A DNA stretch of 64,000 nucleotides, taken from a candidate division FCPU426 bacterium. Lineage in GTDB: Bacteria; Oederibacteriota; Muellerivitia; Muellerivitales; Muellerivitaceae. Below are positions 16,196 to 25,600 of the stretch, in pieces. Made by a program: the position numbers and the translations under genes. The stretch is taken from the NCBI GenBank assembly GCA_963771075.1, contig CAVYSE010000028.1, positions 32,001-96,000 on the forward strand, given 5' to 3'. Position 1 is the first letter of the stretch; each line of letters opens with the position of its first letter. The notes under the pieces were generated by a model, which saw only the letters and a program-made list of their open reading frames with translations, had not been told where the DNA came from and did not search any database.

Positions 16196-19100
16196 TCAGG
16201 GCTTCGGTTTCCGAGCCGGGGAGGTTCCCGTGACTCCCTTCACATAGGCGAAGTCAAAGGCGTGCACCGAGTCATCCGGGGTCTCCACCAGGATAGCCGC
16301 CATGGTCTGGCTGTCCCGCTCGGGCTGCGCCTCCTTGGGCAGGTTCACGAACATGCTCTTCACCCGAACCACCATGCCGGGGGAAACATCCAGGGGACCC
16401 ACCGTCGAAAGCACGTTGTAATAGTCCTTCGTGGTGTCCAATTGCCTCAAGATCAAACCCTTGATGGTATTGGCGGTCGGGTTATGGATATCCACCGTCA
16501 AGGGTACTTCTGCGCCCAAAGACGCTTCCTTGGGCGCGGTCAGGCTCACCTCCACCGGCAGCAGTCCCTCCTCCTGGCGCAGGGTCGTGAAGGCCTTCCC
16601 GCCCGAGATCGCCCATTCCATCCGGGAATAGGGGCCCCGGACGCCCCAGATCAGGCGGTAAAGGTCATGCCAGAACATGCCCAGGTTGGCGTTCAAGCCG
16701 TACCAAAGGTTGAATGTTTCTACTTCCCGGTTATAGAGTTCCTCCGGCGCGGGAGGATCCAGGCTTTTCTGCACCATGTTAAAATCAACTTCCTCGCCCG
16801 GAACGTACATGCCCCCTTCCCGGGAAAGGTACCCCGGCCAATGCCGTTTCATGTCCTCGATGGTGCTGCGATCCCCCTCATAAAGCATGATGTGGTTGAA
16901 GTTGATCCCGGCGTCCACCAGCATGGCCGGGTCTTGCCCGTGTTGGTGCCCCATTTCCCAACCCAGGGTGAAGGTAAAAACGGGCTTCGTCATTTTTGCC
17001 TGGTCCAGGACATTTTTCAGCACCATCGCCACCTTGTGCGCCCGCCACCACTCGAAAAGGGCTACCACCTGCGGATCCGTATTTCGTTCCACGGTATGGG
17101 CCAACCAATGGATGCGGTCGGGCTCGGCCATCGTGTCGAAACCCTCGGGCAGGTTCATGTTCAGGTCCTTCACGAACTCATCCACCAGCTCATAACCCGC
17201 AAAACCGGTACGGACGTAATCCAGCCCCACGAAATCCACGTTGGAGTCTTTGTTCATGGTCTGGAGGAAATCCAGGATGTCCTGCTGGCGTTTCGGGTCG
17301 TCGAGGGAAATGAACCGGGTCTGGATTACCTGATCCGTGCTCAAGTCATAGCCGAGGGAGAATTGATAAGGGGCCTGGTGCCATCCGTCCCCCTCGACCT
17401 TGAAGGTGGTCATGTAGGCTGCGTACTTTATCCCCGCCGCGTGGGCGGCCTGGGCGTACTTGCGCCCGTTCTCCATTTCCTCCCGGTTGAAGGGAAAATC
17501 CTGGGGATAAAATCTTTCCCAAATGGAGGTATCCCCCACCAGGTTGCAAAAAACGTTAGCGCCCATGAATTTCGTCCAATCGATGGCGTGGGCCGGGCTC
17601 ATGGTGCCGCTGGCGTCCAGCGATGGAATGGCCCCGCGGATCAACTGTTTGCCCCCCTCCATGGTCAGGACCGCGTAACCCGGATCCAGGCCGGAAGGCC
17701 TCAGGGGCGGGATGGTGAAGGCCGATTGAAAGACCCTCGGGTTGGAACGATCCGGGTCCACCAGGACCAATTGGGCCAGGTAGGTGCCCGGCCGGGGGTT
17801 AAACGGAACGGGCCAATTGCCCGAGAATTTCCGGCCTTCCGCTTCTTTTCTTAATTCCACCCTCGTATGGCCGTCCACCAGGGTGACCGGTTTCCCGTTC
17901 ATGAGAACTTCCACATAGGCGTGGCTGTTCACGAAACGCCTATAGTTCATGGAGCTGACTTTCAACTCAAAGGGCACCATCTCATACCTTAAAAAGCTGC
18001 CCTTGGGCATGAGGGCCACCACATCGGGGATTTCCAGGGAGAGGGTCTTGAGAGGAATGGTTTGCTGACTCGCCAAGGAGGTCAGGGTGGCCTTGGCCAG
18101 GAAGGCCAACACCAAAAAACCGAACAGGACCCCTAGGAAACCCCAGGCCCGGCGGGAAGAATTCTGTTGAAGAACCCAAGCTTCCTTTAATTTTTCCAGG
18201 CCGGACCCTATCCCGGCGAAGATCGAACGGGAAGTGGAAATAACCGGGCTTGGATCCTCGGCCGTGAAAAGGGGGTCTACGGAAACGGAAGAAGGCGTGG
18301 CAGGCTCACGGTTAGAAATGGGCTCGGCGGCCTGATCGATCCCCATCGACCCTTCCAAGATCATCCGTTGGAGTCTTTCCTCGGAAATGAATCTTTCGGT
18401 TTCAGTCGCGGACGGCGGAGACGCCTCCAATGGATTGGTTTTCCCCGATTTTTCCGCTAAAGAGGGCGCTTCGGATAGGTTCTCAATGACGGTCTCCTCG
18501 TCATGGATCGCGTTTTCCAGGGCCTCCCCAATGGTCGTGAATTTCATCCGGTCCTCTTCGGACATCTCCTCAAGGACGGTCCCTCTTGTCAGGGCTTCGG
18601 TTTCCAAGGGGCCAGGTTCCTCATTGCGAGCTTTATCCTCGGTTGACAAGTTTTGGAGGGCAGGTCCGGCCATGAGAGGTGAAGGCATCTCCTGGGGCAA
18701 TTCATCCTCCGGAAGGGAACCCCACAAAAAACGCCGAATGGCTTCTTCCCGCTCCGCCGGATTGGCGGAAGCACGCGTGATGTTAGCTGGATCGGCCGCC
18801 TTTTTAGCCGCTGCTTTGGCTCGCGCCCAGTTTCGATAGGCCTGTTGAGCCCCTCCCCATAATTGCATTGCTTGGTTTTGCTTCCCCCGGACCCAAACCC
18901 AAGCCGAAGACGCTGTTCCCAGGGCGGAGGAAACTCCCCTCCCCAAGAGTCTCACGGTGTTCAGGAGGATTGAATCTCCCGGTTTTTGGACTTCCTCCCG
19001 TGGGAGTCGGAAAGGCTCCAACGCTTGGCGAATGGTGGCGTCGACGGTCGACTCCCGGGGGATAACCCGGTTGAGGCGGACCACCGTCTCCACGTGATAG

Positions 19101-20497
19101 GTCTGGGGAAACATGTCGAGGGGCTGGGCCCAATCCACCGCGTAACCATGCTTGACCAGCAGGGATAGGTCCCTCGCCAGGGTGGAGGGATCGCAAGAGA
19201 CGTAGACGATGCGTTGGGGCTGAAGGGCCCCTATCCGAGCGAGCACTTCGGGCAAAACCCCTTTCCGGGGAGGGTCCACGATGACCGCGTCCACCTGGTT
19301 GAGGCCCTTTTCCCTCAAACCCAAAAGGACCTGGGCCACATCCCCTTCCAAGAAATCGATGTTGTCTTTTCCGTTGAGCGTCAGGTTGGCCTTGGCGTCC
19401 TCTACCGCGGGTCCTACTTCCTCGATCCCCACCACGTATTCGCATTCGTTGGCAACTCCCAGGGCCAGGGTGCCGATCCCGCTGTAAAGATCAAGCGTCG
19501 TGGGCCATTTTCCCCCGTTCTCGGGGCCTCCCAGGGCTTCCCGCACCACCGAGTGCAGCAGGTCGGCTTGGGCTGTGTTCACCTGGAGGAAGGATTGGAG
19601 CGAGACCTTCAAGCGGAGCTGGTCGATCTCCTCAAAATAATGGTCCCGTCCGGCGAGCACCTTGGTCTGCGATCCAAAAACGATGTTGGTGCGGGATGGG
19701 TTGATGTTTTGCAAAACCCCCACCAGGGAGGGGACCTCCGCCATCAATTCCCGGGCCAAGCGGGGCAGGATGTCTTCCAGGGATTCGGCCGATACGCCCG
19801 TCGCCTGAACCCTTTCCTCGGGAATCTCCGAGCGCGTTACCAGGGCCAGCAGGATCTCGCCGGTCATTTCGCCCCGGCGTACCGCCAGGTGCCGGAGGAA
19901 TCCCGAGTGCTTTTTTTCCTGGTAGGGCGTCAGGCCCGACCGGTCGATCTTGCGCAGTACCTGCTGGATAAGCTCGTTGATCCCGTCCGCCTGGATGGGG
20001 CAATTCTGGTAAGGCACCAGCTTATGGGACCGGGGCTCGTAAATGCCCGCCACGAAGTGCCCGTCCCTCATGGAAAGGACCGGCATGGCCTTGTTGCGGT
20101 AATGGTAGGGAGAGGGGGAGGGGAGGCAGGGCTGAACGTTGATATTCGGCATCTTGCCGATACGCTCCAAGGCGTCCACCAGGAATTGGCGTTTGGCCTG
20201 GAGCTGGAGGGGATATTGGAAGTGCTGCCAATGGCAGCCGCCGCATTCCTCAAAAATGGGACAAGGCGGCTCTACCCGATCGGTGGACCGGCGGAGAATT
20301 CCGGTGATTTTTCCGACGGCGAAATGGTCCTTGACCTGGGTAACCTGGACGGTCACCTTCTCTCCCGGCAGGCCCCCGGGCACGAAAATAGCGAAATCCT
20401 GGTACCGGCCCACCGAATCACCGCCGAAGGCCAGGGTGGTGATCTCCAACTCGATCTTGTCGCCAAATCGGACAGGTTTAACGGCTTTGGTTTTCAT
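16196..20497 (-). CDS. rlmD: 23S rRNA (uracil-C5)-methyltransferase RlmD fused to linker, TM helix and a GH-like extracytoplasmic region
   Basis: N-terminal ~475 aa contain TRAM, 'CPIFEECGGCHWQH', 'YRNK', 'SFLQVN', 'LDLYSGIG', 'DPPRKG', 'YVSCDPSTLARD', 'DMFPQTYHVETV'. The frame stays open for a further ~960 aa including TM 'AWGFLGVLFGFLVLAFLA'. Confidence 0.85.
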   Translation of the reverse strand: MKTKAVKPVRFGDKIELEITTLAFGGDSVGRYQDFAIFVPGGLPGEKVTVQVTQVKDHFAVGKITGILRRSTDRVEPPCPIFEECGGCHWQHFQYPLQLQAKRQFLVDALERIGKMPNINVQPCLPSPSPYHYRNKAMPVLSMRDGHFVAGIYEPRSHKLVPYQNCPIQADGINELIQQVLRKIDRSGLTPYQEKKHSGFLRHLAVRRGEMTGEILLALVTRSEIPEERVQATGVSAESLEDILPRLARELMAEVPSLVGVLQNINPSRTNIVFGSQTKVLAGRDHYFEEIDQLRLKVSLQSFLQVNTAQADLLHSVVREALGGPENGGKWPTTLDLYSGIGTLALGVANECEYVVGIEEVGPAVEDAKANLTLNGKDNIDFLEGDVAQVLLGLREKGLNQVDAVIVDPPRKGVLPEVLARIGALQPQRIVYVSCDPSTLARDLSLLVKHGYAVDWAQPLDMFPQTYHVETVVRLNRVIPRESTVDATIRQALEPFRLPREEVQKPGDSILLNTVRLLGRGVSSALGTASSAWVWVRGKQNQAMQLWGGAQQAYRNWARAKAAAKKAADPANITRASANPAEREEAIRRFLWGSLPEDELPQEMPSPLMAGPALQNLSTEDKARNEEPGPLETEALTRGTVLEEMSEEDRMKFTTIGEALENAIHDEETVIENLSEAPSLAEKSGKTNPLEASPPSATETERFISEERLQRMILEGSMGIDQAAEPISNREPATPSSVSVDPLFTAEDPSPVISTSRSIFAGIGSGLEKLKEAWVLQQNSSRRAWGFLGVLFGFLVLAFLAKATLTSLASQQTIPLKTLSLEIPDVVALMPKGSFLRYEMVPFELKVSSMNYRRFVNSHAYVEVLMNGKPVTLVDGHTRVELRKEAEGRKFSGNWPVPFNPRPGTYLAQLVLVDPDRSNPRVFQSAFTIPPLRPSGLDPGYAVLTMEGGKQLIRGAIPSLDASGTMSPAHAIDWTKFMGANVFCNLVGDTSIWERFYPQDFPFNREEMENGRKYAQAAHAAGIKYAAYMTTFKVEGDGWHQAPYQFSLGYDLSTDQVIQTRFISLDDPKRQQDILDFLQTMNKDSNVDFVGLDYVRTGFAGYELVDEFVKDLNMNLPEGFDTMAEPDRIHWLAHTVERNTDPQVVALFEWWRAHKVAMVLKNVLDQAKMTKPVFTFTLGWEMGHQHGQDPAMLVDAGINFNHIMLYEGDRSTIEDMKRHWPGYLSREGGMYVPGEEVDFNMVQKSLDPPAPEELYNREVETFNLWYGLNANLGMFWHDLYRLIWGVRGPYSRMEWAISGGKAFTTLRQEEGLLPVEVSLTAPKEASLGAEVPLTVDIHNPTANTIKGLILRQLDTTKDYYNVLSTVGPLDVSPGMVVRVKSMFVNLPKEAQPERDSQTMAAILVETPDDSVHAFDFAYVKGVTGTSPARKPKP

Positions 20498-20682
20498 TCT
20501 TGCCTTTAACGATCAGGGTCCCACCTGGGGACTGTCTTCTTGAAAATTCCCTTTTGAAGCGGTTGCATTTTAAAGTATTTTTGCGCCAAAACGTATCCCA
20601 ACCTGGGATTGCGAAGGATATACTTTCCCCGCCGCGGTTTGGGAAACCGTTCAACGGGGCTGATCGGGAGGGGAGATTGGCA

Positions 20683-22146
20683 ATGAAAAGGCTTTCTTGG
20701 GCGTTGGGATTATGGATCCTATTCATGGGGTCCGGCCGCCTCTGGCCCTCCGAGACAAGGGTCGATTCCACCGGCGGCTTGACGACCATCCTGACGGATG
20801 AAACCACCGACTTGAGCTTCATTATGGACGGAAACCCCGCGGGGCTCCTCCTATTGGACACCCATGACCGGTTGGACGAGGCCTTTCAATGGGGCCAGCA
20901 AAATACCCAGCCCTCCGGGCCGGGTTCCTACCAACAAACCTACGGTTCGATTCCCCGCCTTTTGGGGGACAATGACCTCCATTATTCGGGTTGGATGGCT
21001 TTCCCTTCAAAGGGTGTCGCTTTCCAGGCGGGAGGGGACTTCCTGTCCCAATCGGGCCAGACCACCGGTGTGGCCGATACCTTTACCCTCGGCCAATACC
21101 GGGGCTTGATCCGCGGCGCGGCGAGCCTGGGCCCCCTGGTCCTCGGCTTGGAAGTACGGAATATGGAATCGAACAACGCCTATGACCCGGGGCTCTATTC
21201 GGACAAAACCCTCCCCTATAGCCTCCAGAACGGCTCCAGCGCCCTGAACCAAACCTACCTTCGCGCGGGACTCGCCACCACCTTTCCCGAAAACCAGGGA
21301 CCGGATGACGCCTATTGGCAGGCGGGTGGACTCTTCGAGGCCCAGGTCGCGGGCGGTAATATCGCTTTCAACGCCAATCTCGATTACCCGGGCGGAAACA
21401 CCTTCGCCCTGCGGCAGAACAACAGCTATACCGATTACTATTACTTCGGCCCCGAGCTGAGGTATGTCATTCCCCATCACGCCATTTTCCGTTTCAGTTA
21501 TTTCCTGACCTATGACGACACCAATTTCGAACGGACGGTCTCGGCCACCTCCCCCGATTACGCCAACCTGAACGCCTATCACTCCACCCAATATCAATCC
21601 ATGAACGCCAGCGGGGCCTTCCGGTTGATCTTCCCCACCTCGGGACGGGAAAACCTGAAAATTGGCGGCTTCATTTCCTCCTTCTTCAACAACACGGATG
21701 ATTTGAGTACCGTCGAAAACGTCTATACCAACACGAACCGCCAGCAAATCCAAACGAACCTGGGGGTAGGCCTGGAAACGATCCATGATTACGCCTTTGG
21801 AATCCAATTTGAGAGCCAGACCTACACACTGGATAACACCTCCATCGCTTCCGCGGCCACCACGGCCCAAAGCGACTACAATTATTACCAATTCGCCCTA
21901 GGCGGGGAGAAATGGCTGGACGATCATCTCGCTTTCCGGCTGGGCTTGTCGGGGGAGGATGACGAATATTTCCAGGCCTCCAACCTAGAAAACCTCGTCG
22001 CTTTGTTGAACGCCGGGTTGGGCTGGGAGGACACGACTTGGGCCTGCGACCTGAGGCTTTGGGTGGGGGAGCAAACCAACCTTCAGGATTCCTCGAACCA
22101 GGGGAATTTGGGCGGCTTCGAGGTCTCAGGGACCGTCTTTCTTTAA
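20683..22146 (+). CDS. Predicted outer-membrane beta-barrel protein
   Basis: ATG 20683 after GGGAGGGGAG; signal peptide MKRLSWALGLWILF..; amphipathic aromatic beta-strands; ends 'GFEVSGTVFL'. Confidence 0.65.
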   Translation: MKRLSWALGLWILFMGSGRLWPSETRVDSTGGLTTILTDETTDLSFIMDGNPAGLLLLDTHDRLDEAFQWGQQNTQPSGPGSYQQTYGSIPRLLGDNDLHYSGWMAFPSKGVAFQAGGDFLSQSGQTTGVADTFTLGQYRGLIRGAASLGPLVLGLEVRNMESNNAYDPGLYSDKTLPYSLQNGSSALNQTYLRAGLATTFPENQGPDDAYWQAGGLFEAQVAGGNIAFNANLDYPGGNTFALRQNNSYTDYYYFGPELRYVIPHHAIFRFSYFLTYDDTNFERTVSATSPDYANLNAYHSTQYQSMNASGAFRLIFPTSGRENLKIGGFISSFFNNTDDLSTVENVYTNTNRQQIQTNLGVGLETIHDYAFGIQFESQTYTLDNTSIASAATTAQSDYNYYQFALGGEKWLDDHLAFRLGLSGEDDEYFQASNLENLVALLNAGLGWEDTTWACDLRLWVGEQTNLQDSSNQGNLGGFEVSGTVFL

Positions 22147-22169
22147 TCCCCCTGCTGGCCCCCAAAAAC

Positions 22170-22206
22170 AAAAAAGGGCCCAGGCTTTCGCCCGAACCCT
22201 TCTTTT
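22170..22206. terminator. Probable bidirectional terminator between convergent genes
   Basis: A-tract, imperfect GGG..CCC hairpin, T-tract. Confidence 0.4.
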
Positions 22207-22223
22207 ACGCGAATCAAAACTTT

Positions 22224-23012
22224 TTATTTTTTCTTGGACGCCGGGGCCAGTTCCCCTTCCAACCGCAGGTAATCCAGGTAAACAACCGGGGGCTTGGTCC
22301 AGCCGTCGGTATTCACCCAGAATTGGATCGACCTCATGTTGGCCAGGTCCATGCGCTCCGCCGTCAAGTCGGTAAAGGTCACCGCGAGATTGGCGACCTT
22401 TTTGGGCGTCAGCACACCCCAGGTCTCATGGATGAAGGATTTGGAGTCGGCGACCCTCATGTGCCAGGTCACGGGTTGGTCCTGCGGGTTGAAGGCGTCC
22501 AGGTTCAGGGTGCTGTATTCGGACCAATCGTAGACCCTCAATTGGGTCGGCGACTCGGTGTCCAGGGTCAGGGTGGGCTGCCAGCCGGAGGGAGGGGGTG
22601 GGGCCGCTGGCACGCTCACGACGACCGGGGTCGGGCTGCCCTTGGCCTTGAGGATAGGCGTGGGCACCACCTTCACCTTCGGGTTGGGGGTAGGGGTGGG
22701 CGGCATGGGGGTGGCCGTGGGGGGAGCGTTGGGTCCCAGGGTCGGGGTTGGATAAAACTGCGATTGAAGCATAAAAGTCGCCATGGCGGATCGCTTGCCG
22801 TGGGTCTGGTTGTCGGTCGAGGTTTCCAATTTCACGTAACCGCCGCTGGCCCAATCCAGGTCCATGGAGGGGTCCTCAAAGTCGTTGATGACCAGGATCC
22901 GCTTGGTCTCTTTTTTCTTGGAAAAACCCTTGGTCAGGCCCAGGCCCTGGGCGACGACATAAATCAGTCCCAGAACCAGGACCAGGATCAGGAATTGCAG
23001 GAAAAGTCTCAT
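22224..23012 (-). CDS. Membrane-anchored CBM-like (galactose-binding-fold) protein with Pro/Thr insert
   Basis: N-terminal TM; 'INDFED', 'THGKRSA', 'DWSEYSTLNLDAFNP', 'VVYLDYLRL' pattern of beta-sandwich carbohydrate-binding domains. Confidence 0.6.
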   Translation of the reverse strand: MRLFLQFLILVLVLGLIYVVAQGLGLTKGFSKKKETKRILVINDFEDPSMDLDWASGGYVKLETSTDNQTHGKRSAMATFMLQSQFYPTPTLGPNAPPTATPMPPTPTPNPKVKVVPTPILKAKGSPTPVVVSVPAAPPPPSGWQPTLTLDTESPTQLRVYDWSEYSTLNLDAFNPQDQPVTWHMRVADSKSFIHETWGVLTPKKVANLAVTFTDLTAERMDLANMRSIQFWVNTDGWTKPPVVYLDYLRLEGELAPASKKK

Positions 23013-23057
23013 ATCATTTCCTCATTTAGATTTGCCCGATAGGGACACAACCGTGGC

Positions 23058-23086
23058 ATTGTAACAGCCTCCCTGGGGCCCCGCAA
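23058..23086 (-). promoter_or_regulatory. Putative extended -10 sigma70 promoter
   Basis: Minus strand TTGCGG-N17-TACAAT with TG at the extended -10 position. Confidence 0.55.
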
Positions 23087-23114
23087 TCTTCGTTCTCGGG
23101 TGATTCAGCGGGCC

Positions 23115-23131
23115 GGAGAAACGTTACATCC
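23115..23131. promoter_or_regulatory. Candidate LacI-family operator
   Basis: GGAGAAACGTTACATCC: AACGTT core within an imperfect palindrome just upstream of the -35. Confidence 0.4.
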
Positions 23132-23268
23132 AACTTATGCCGACCTTATTAAACCTTTAGGCTCTTTCACGAATTTGCAGATAACCCTTATTGCCAAGGA
23201 AGGTACCCCCCCTTTGAAAAGGGATTTATATCTTTAAGTTCCTTGATAAAAAGCCAGTTTGTATTCCG

Positions 23269-23369
23269 TCTCCCCCTCTGAAAGAGGGGGACCAAGGGGG
23301 AGTTAGCTTTTCCATTCTCGTTTTTCACGACTAACACCCCCCCTCCCCCCCTCTTTCAGAGGGGGGAGA
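23269..23369. repeat. ~100-bp G/C-run hairpin repeat (copy 1; copy 2 at 32578-32676)
   Basis: TCCCCCTCTGAAAGAGGGGG..AAGGGGGAGTTAGCTTTTCC..CTAACACCCCCC..CCCCCTCTTTCAGAGGGGG; similar copy inside the MITE. Confidence 0.75.
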
Positions 23370-23554
23370 AAGCGGTTCGCCTTACTACCTTATTATTGGC
23401 CACGCTTAGGCTCCCCATGGTAATTCTGGGCAACTATCTACAAATTCAGGAAAGAGCCAACCTTTAATGAGGTCGGAATTCCCCCGTTTTCAATCAATGT
23501 TTTCTTAGCGGCTTTGTGGTGAAAGCGGGTTTGCTTTGGCCTTAAATAAAATCT

Positions 23555-23684
23555 GAGACCTCTGAAAAACTCTAAAAGAGCGACAATCAGAGGTCTCGAT
23601 CCCAAAGATTTCCGCAGGAAATCGTGGGGTTACCTTGAATGTTTTCCTGAAGAAGGCGGCAAAGCCGACTTTTTCAGAGGTTAC
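23555..23684. mobile_element. Small MITE-like remnant
   Basis: GAGACCTCTGAAAAAC (23555) pairs with CTTTTTCAGAGGTTAC (to 23684), 13/16 match, plus an internal TCAGAGGTCTC (23587-23597). No ORF. Confidence 0.45.
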
Positions 23685-23687
23685 AAT

Positions 23688-24716
23688 TTATTTCTTCGAA
23701 CCGCAGGATGAACGGACCACCAGCTGGGTAGGCACCAGGATCTGCTTGGCTCGCCAATGTTCGGGGGCCTGGAACTTCTGCAATAGGATATGGGCGGCTT
23801 CCACGCTGATGGTTTTGTAATCTTGCCTCACGGTCGTCAGGGAGACCAGGCCCAGGGAAGCCTCCGTAATATCGTCAAACCCCACCACCGCCATATCCCT
23901 CCCAACTTTTAGCTTGGCTTTTTCCAGGGCTTTCAACGCCCCGAGGGCCATGAGGTCGTTGCTGGCGAATACCGCCGTGGGACGGTCCTTCAATCCCAAT
24001 AGACGGGTCATGGCTTGCTCGCCCGAATCCTTCAGGAAATCCCCCTCGATCACATAATCGTCGGGAACGGTTAGGCCGTGGCGGTGCATCGCCAGTTTGA
24101 ACCCGCTGAGGCGGTCCGACGCGTTGCGGGAGGTCTTGAGCTGGCCCGTGATGATGGCGATCTTCCGGTTCCCCAACTTGACCAGGTGGTCCACAACCTT
24201 TTCCGCAGCCTGGATATTATCGCTGTCCACGAAATCAAAGCGGGGGTCCAGGGTACGGTATCCGATCAACACCACCGGTACCCGGTTATCCATCAATTGT
24301 TCCACCTGTTTTTCCTCCAAATAGGGGGAAACCATCAAGACACCGTCCACCGCGTTATGGAATACCCGGCGGTAAACTTCCTGGGGATCAAACACACCGG
24401 CGATGGTGTTGATGAGGATTCCATATTGGTTTTCCTGGACGACCTGGTTGATCCCATCGAGGATCCCGGCGTACCAGGGGCTGTTGAAACCGAATTCGTA
24501 ACCCGCCCATGAAAAGAAGACCTCGATGAGGTTGGTCTGCTTCACCACCAAACCCCGGGCGATGGGATTGGGTTTGAATTGAAGCTCCGCGATGACTTTT
24601 AAAACTTTTTGGCGGGTCTCATCCAGCACGTTCGGGTTGTTGTTCAACACGCGGGACACGGTGGAGATGGAAACGCCCGCCTTCTGGGCAACGTCATAGA
24701 TGGTATTTTGGACCAT
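23688..24716 (-). CDS. LacI-family transcriptional regulator
   Basis: 'TIYDVAQKAGVSISTVSRVLN' HTH, 'PNPIARGL' hinge, 'VVGFDD', 'LTTVRQD'. Confidence 0.97.
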   Translation of the reverse strand: MVQNTIYDVAQKAGVSISTVSRVLNNNPNVLDETRQKVLKVIAELQFKPNPIARGLVVKQTNLIEVFFSWAGYEFGFNSPWYAGILDGINQVVQENQYGILINTIAGVFDPQEVYRRVFHNAVDGVLMVSPYLEEKQVEQLMDNRVPVVLIGYRTLDPRFDFVDSDNIQAAEKVVDHLVKLGNRKIAIITGQLKTSRNASDRLSGFKLAMHRHGLTVPDDYVIEGDFLKDSGEQAMTRLLGLKDRPTAVFASNDLMALGALKALEKAKLKVGRDMAVVGFDDITEASLGLVSLTTVRQDYKTISVEAAHILLQKFQAPEHWRAKQILVPTQLVVRSSCGSKK

Positions 24717-24740
24717 GGGTTTTATTATTCTCTTTCCGTT

Positions 24741-24750
24741 AAAGCGCTTT
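24741..24750. promoter_or_regulatory. Candidate LacI autoregulatory operator
   Basis: Perfect palindrome AAAGCGCTTT 25 nt upstream of the lacI-family start; second palindrome AAAACGTTTT at 24831-24840. Confidence 0.55.
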
Positions 24751-24933
24751 CCCTTAGTCCTAGAAAAAGTTAGGCGGGTTTAAGGCTTTCACGCGCTTTC
24801 ATGTTTGCTGAACTACCATTCCCGACCTGAAAAACGTTTTAATTTTTCTTGGAGAGGGAATTTGATGCGAATGGTTTTATTATAAAAGCAGTGGTCGGGG
24901 AAAAACACCTGGTTTTCAATGAGGATTAAAACT

Positions 24934-24966
24934 AAAAAGGCCCCAATTGACATTTGGGCCTTTTTT
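24934..24966 (-). terminator. Terminator after hsp20
   Basis: AAAAAGGCCC..GGGCCTTTTTT hairpin. Confidence 0.7.
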
Positions 24967-24997
24967 ACATCTTAAAAGCTTTAATCCACTTAAAGAT

Positions 24998-25459
24998 TTA
25001 TTTCACATCTATGTCGATTTCCTTGGGTTTGGCTTCCTCGCTTTTGGGAACAGAGATTTCCAAGATCCCATCCTTAAAGGAAGCGGAAATTTTTTCCGCC
25101 CGGATGGGCGAGGAAAGGGCGAAACTCCGCTGGAATGCACCATAGGACCTTTCCACCCGGTGGTATTTCTTTTCCTTGTCCGTCTTTTTCTCCTCGGTTC
25201 TCTTTTCACCCGTCAGGGTCAAGACGTTATCCAAGAGGGAAATTTTGACGTCTTCTTTTTTCATACCCGGCATTTCCGCTTTGAACAAGTATTCATTCTC
25301 GGTTTCCTCAACGTCAACGGCCGGAATCCAGTTCGACGCGATGCCCTTCCATTGGGGTTCCCACCGGTCCTCAAAAACCCGTTCAATAAGCTGGTCCAGG
25401 GAATCCACCCAGGGACGGGCGGTGCTGTTCACGCGGCGTGAAAGCTGGTTAAAGTTCAT
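24998..25459 (-). CDS. Small heat-shock protein (Hsp20/alpha-crystallin)
   Basis: ATG 25459 with GGAGG; 'PAVDVEET..AEMPG..ERSYGAFQRSF..ASFKDGILEISVPK'. Confidence 0.95.
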   Translation of the reverse strand: MNFNQLSRRVNSTARPWVDSLDQLIERVFEDRWEPQWKGIASNWIPAVDVEETENEYLFKAEMPGMKKEDVKISLLDNVLTLTGEKRTEEKKTDKEKKYHRVERSYGAFQRSFALSSPIRAEKISASFKDGILEISVPKSEEAKPKEIDIDVK

Positions 25460-25600
25460 GGTGAAACCTCCAAAATAATTTGTAATGCCCTTCTGCCGAT
25501 ACAAATAGGAACGGATGGTTTTTTCGTCAAGGCCCCCTTGATGGACGGCCCCCGGCGAGGTTGGTAGAATCCCCCTTGTCAAAAACCGAAAGGATTCCTA

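Noticed and set aside
16166..17854. 562-aa plus-strand ORF and other long antisense ORFs (e.g. 19214-20509, 13840-14889, 4303-5307, 27701-28732)
   Set aside because: Shadows of well-supported opposite-strand genes in GC-rich DNA; no recognisable motifs.
20500..20682. N-terminal extension of the OM barrel ORF given by the track
   Set aside because: The signal peptide and RBS point to ATG 20683; the extension is the divergent promoter region.
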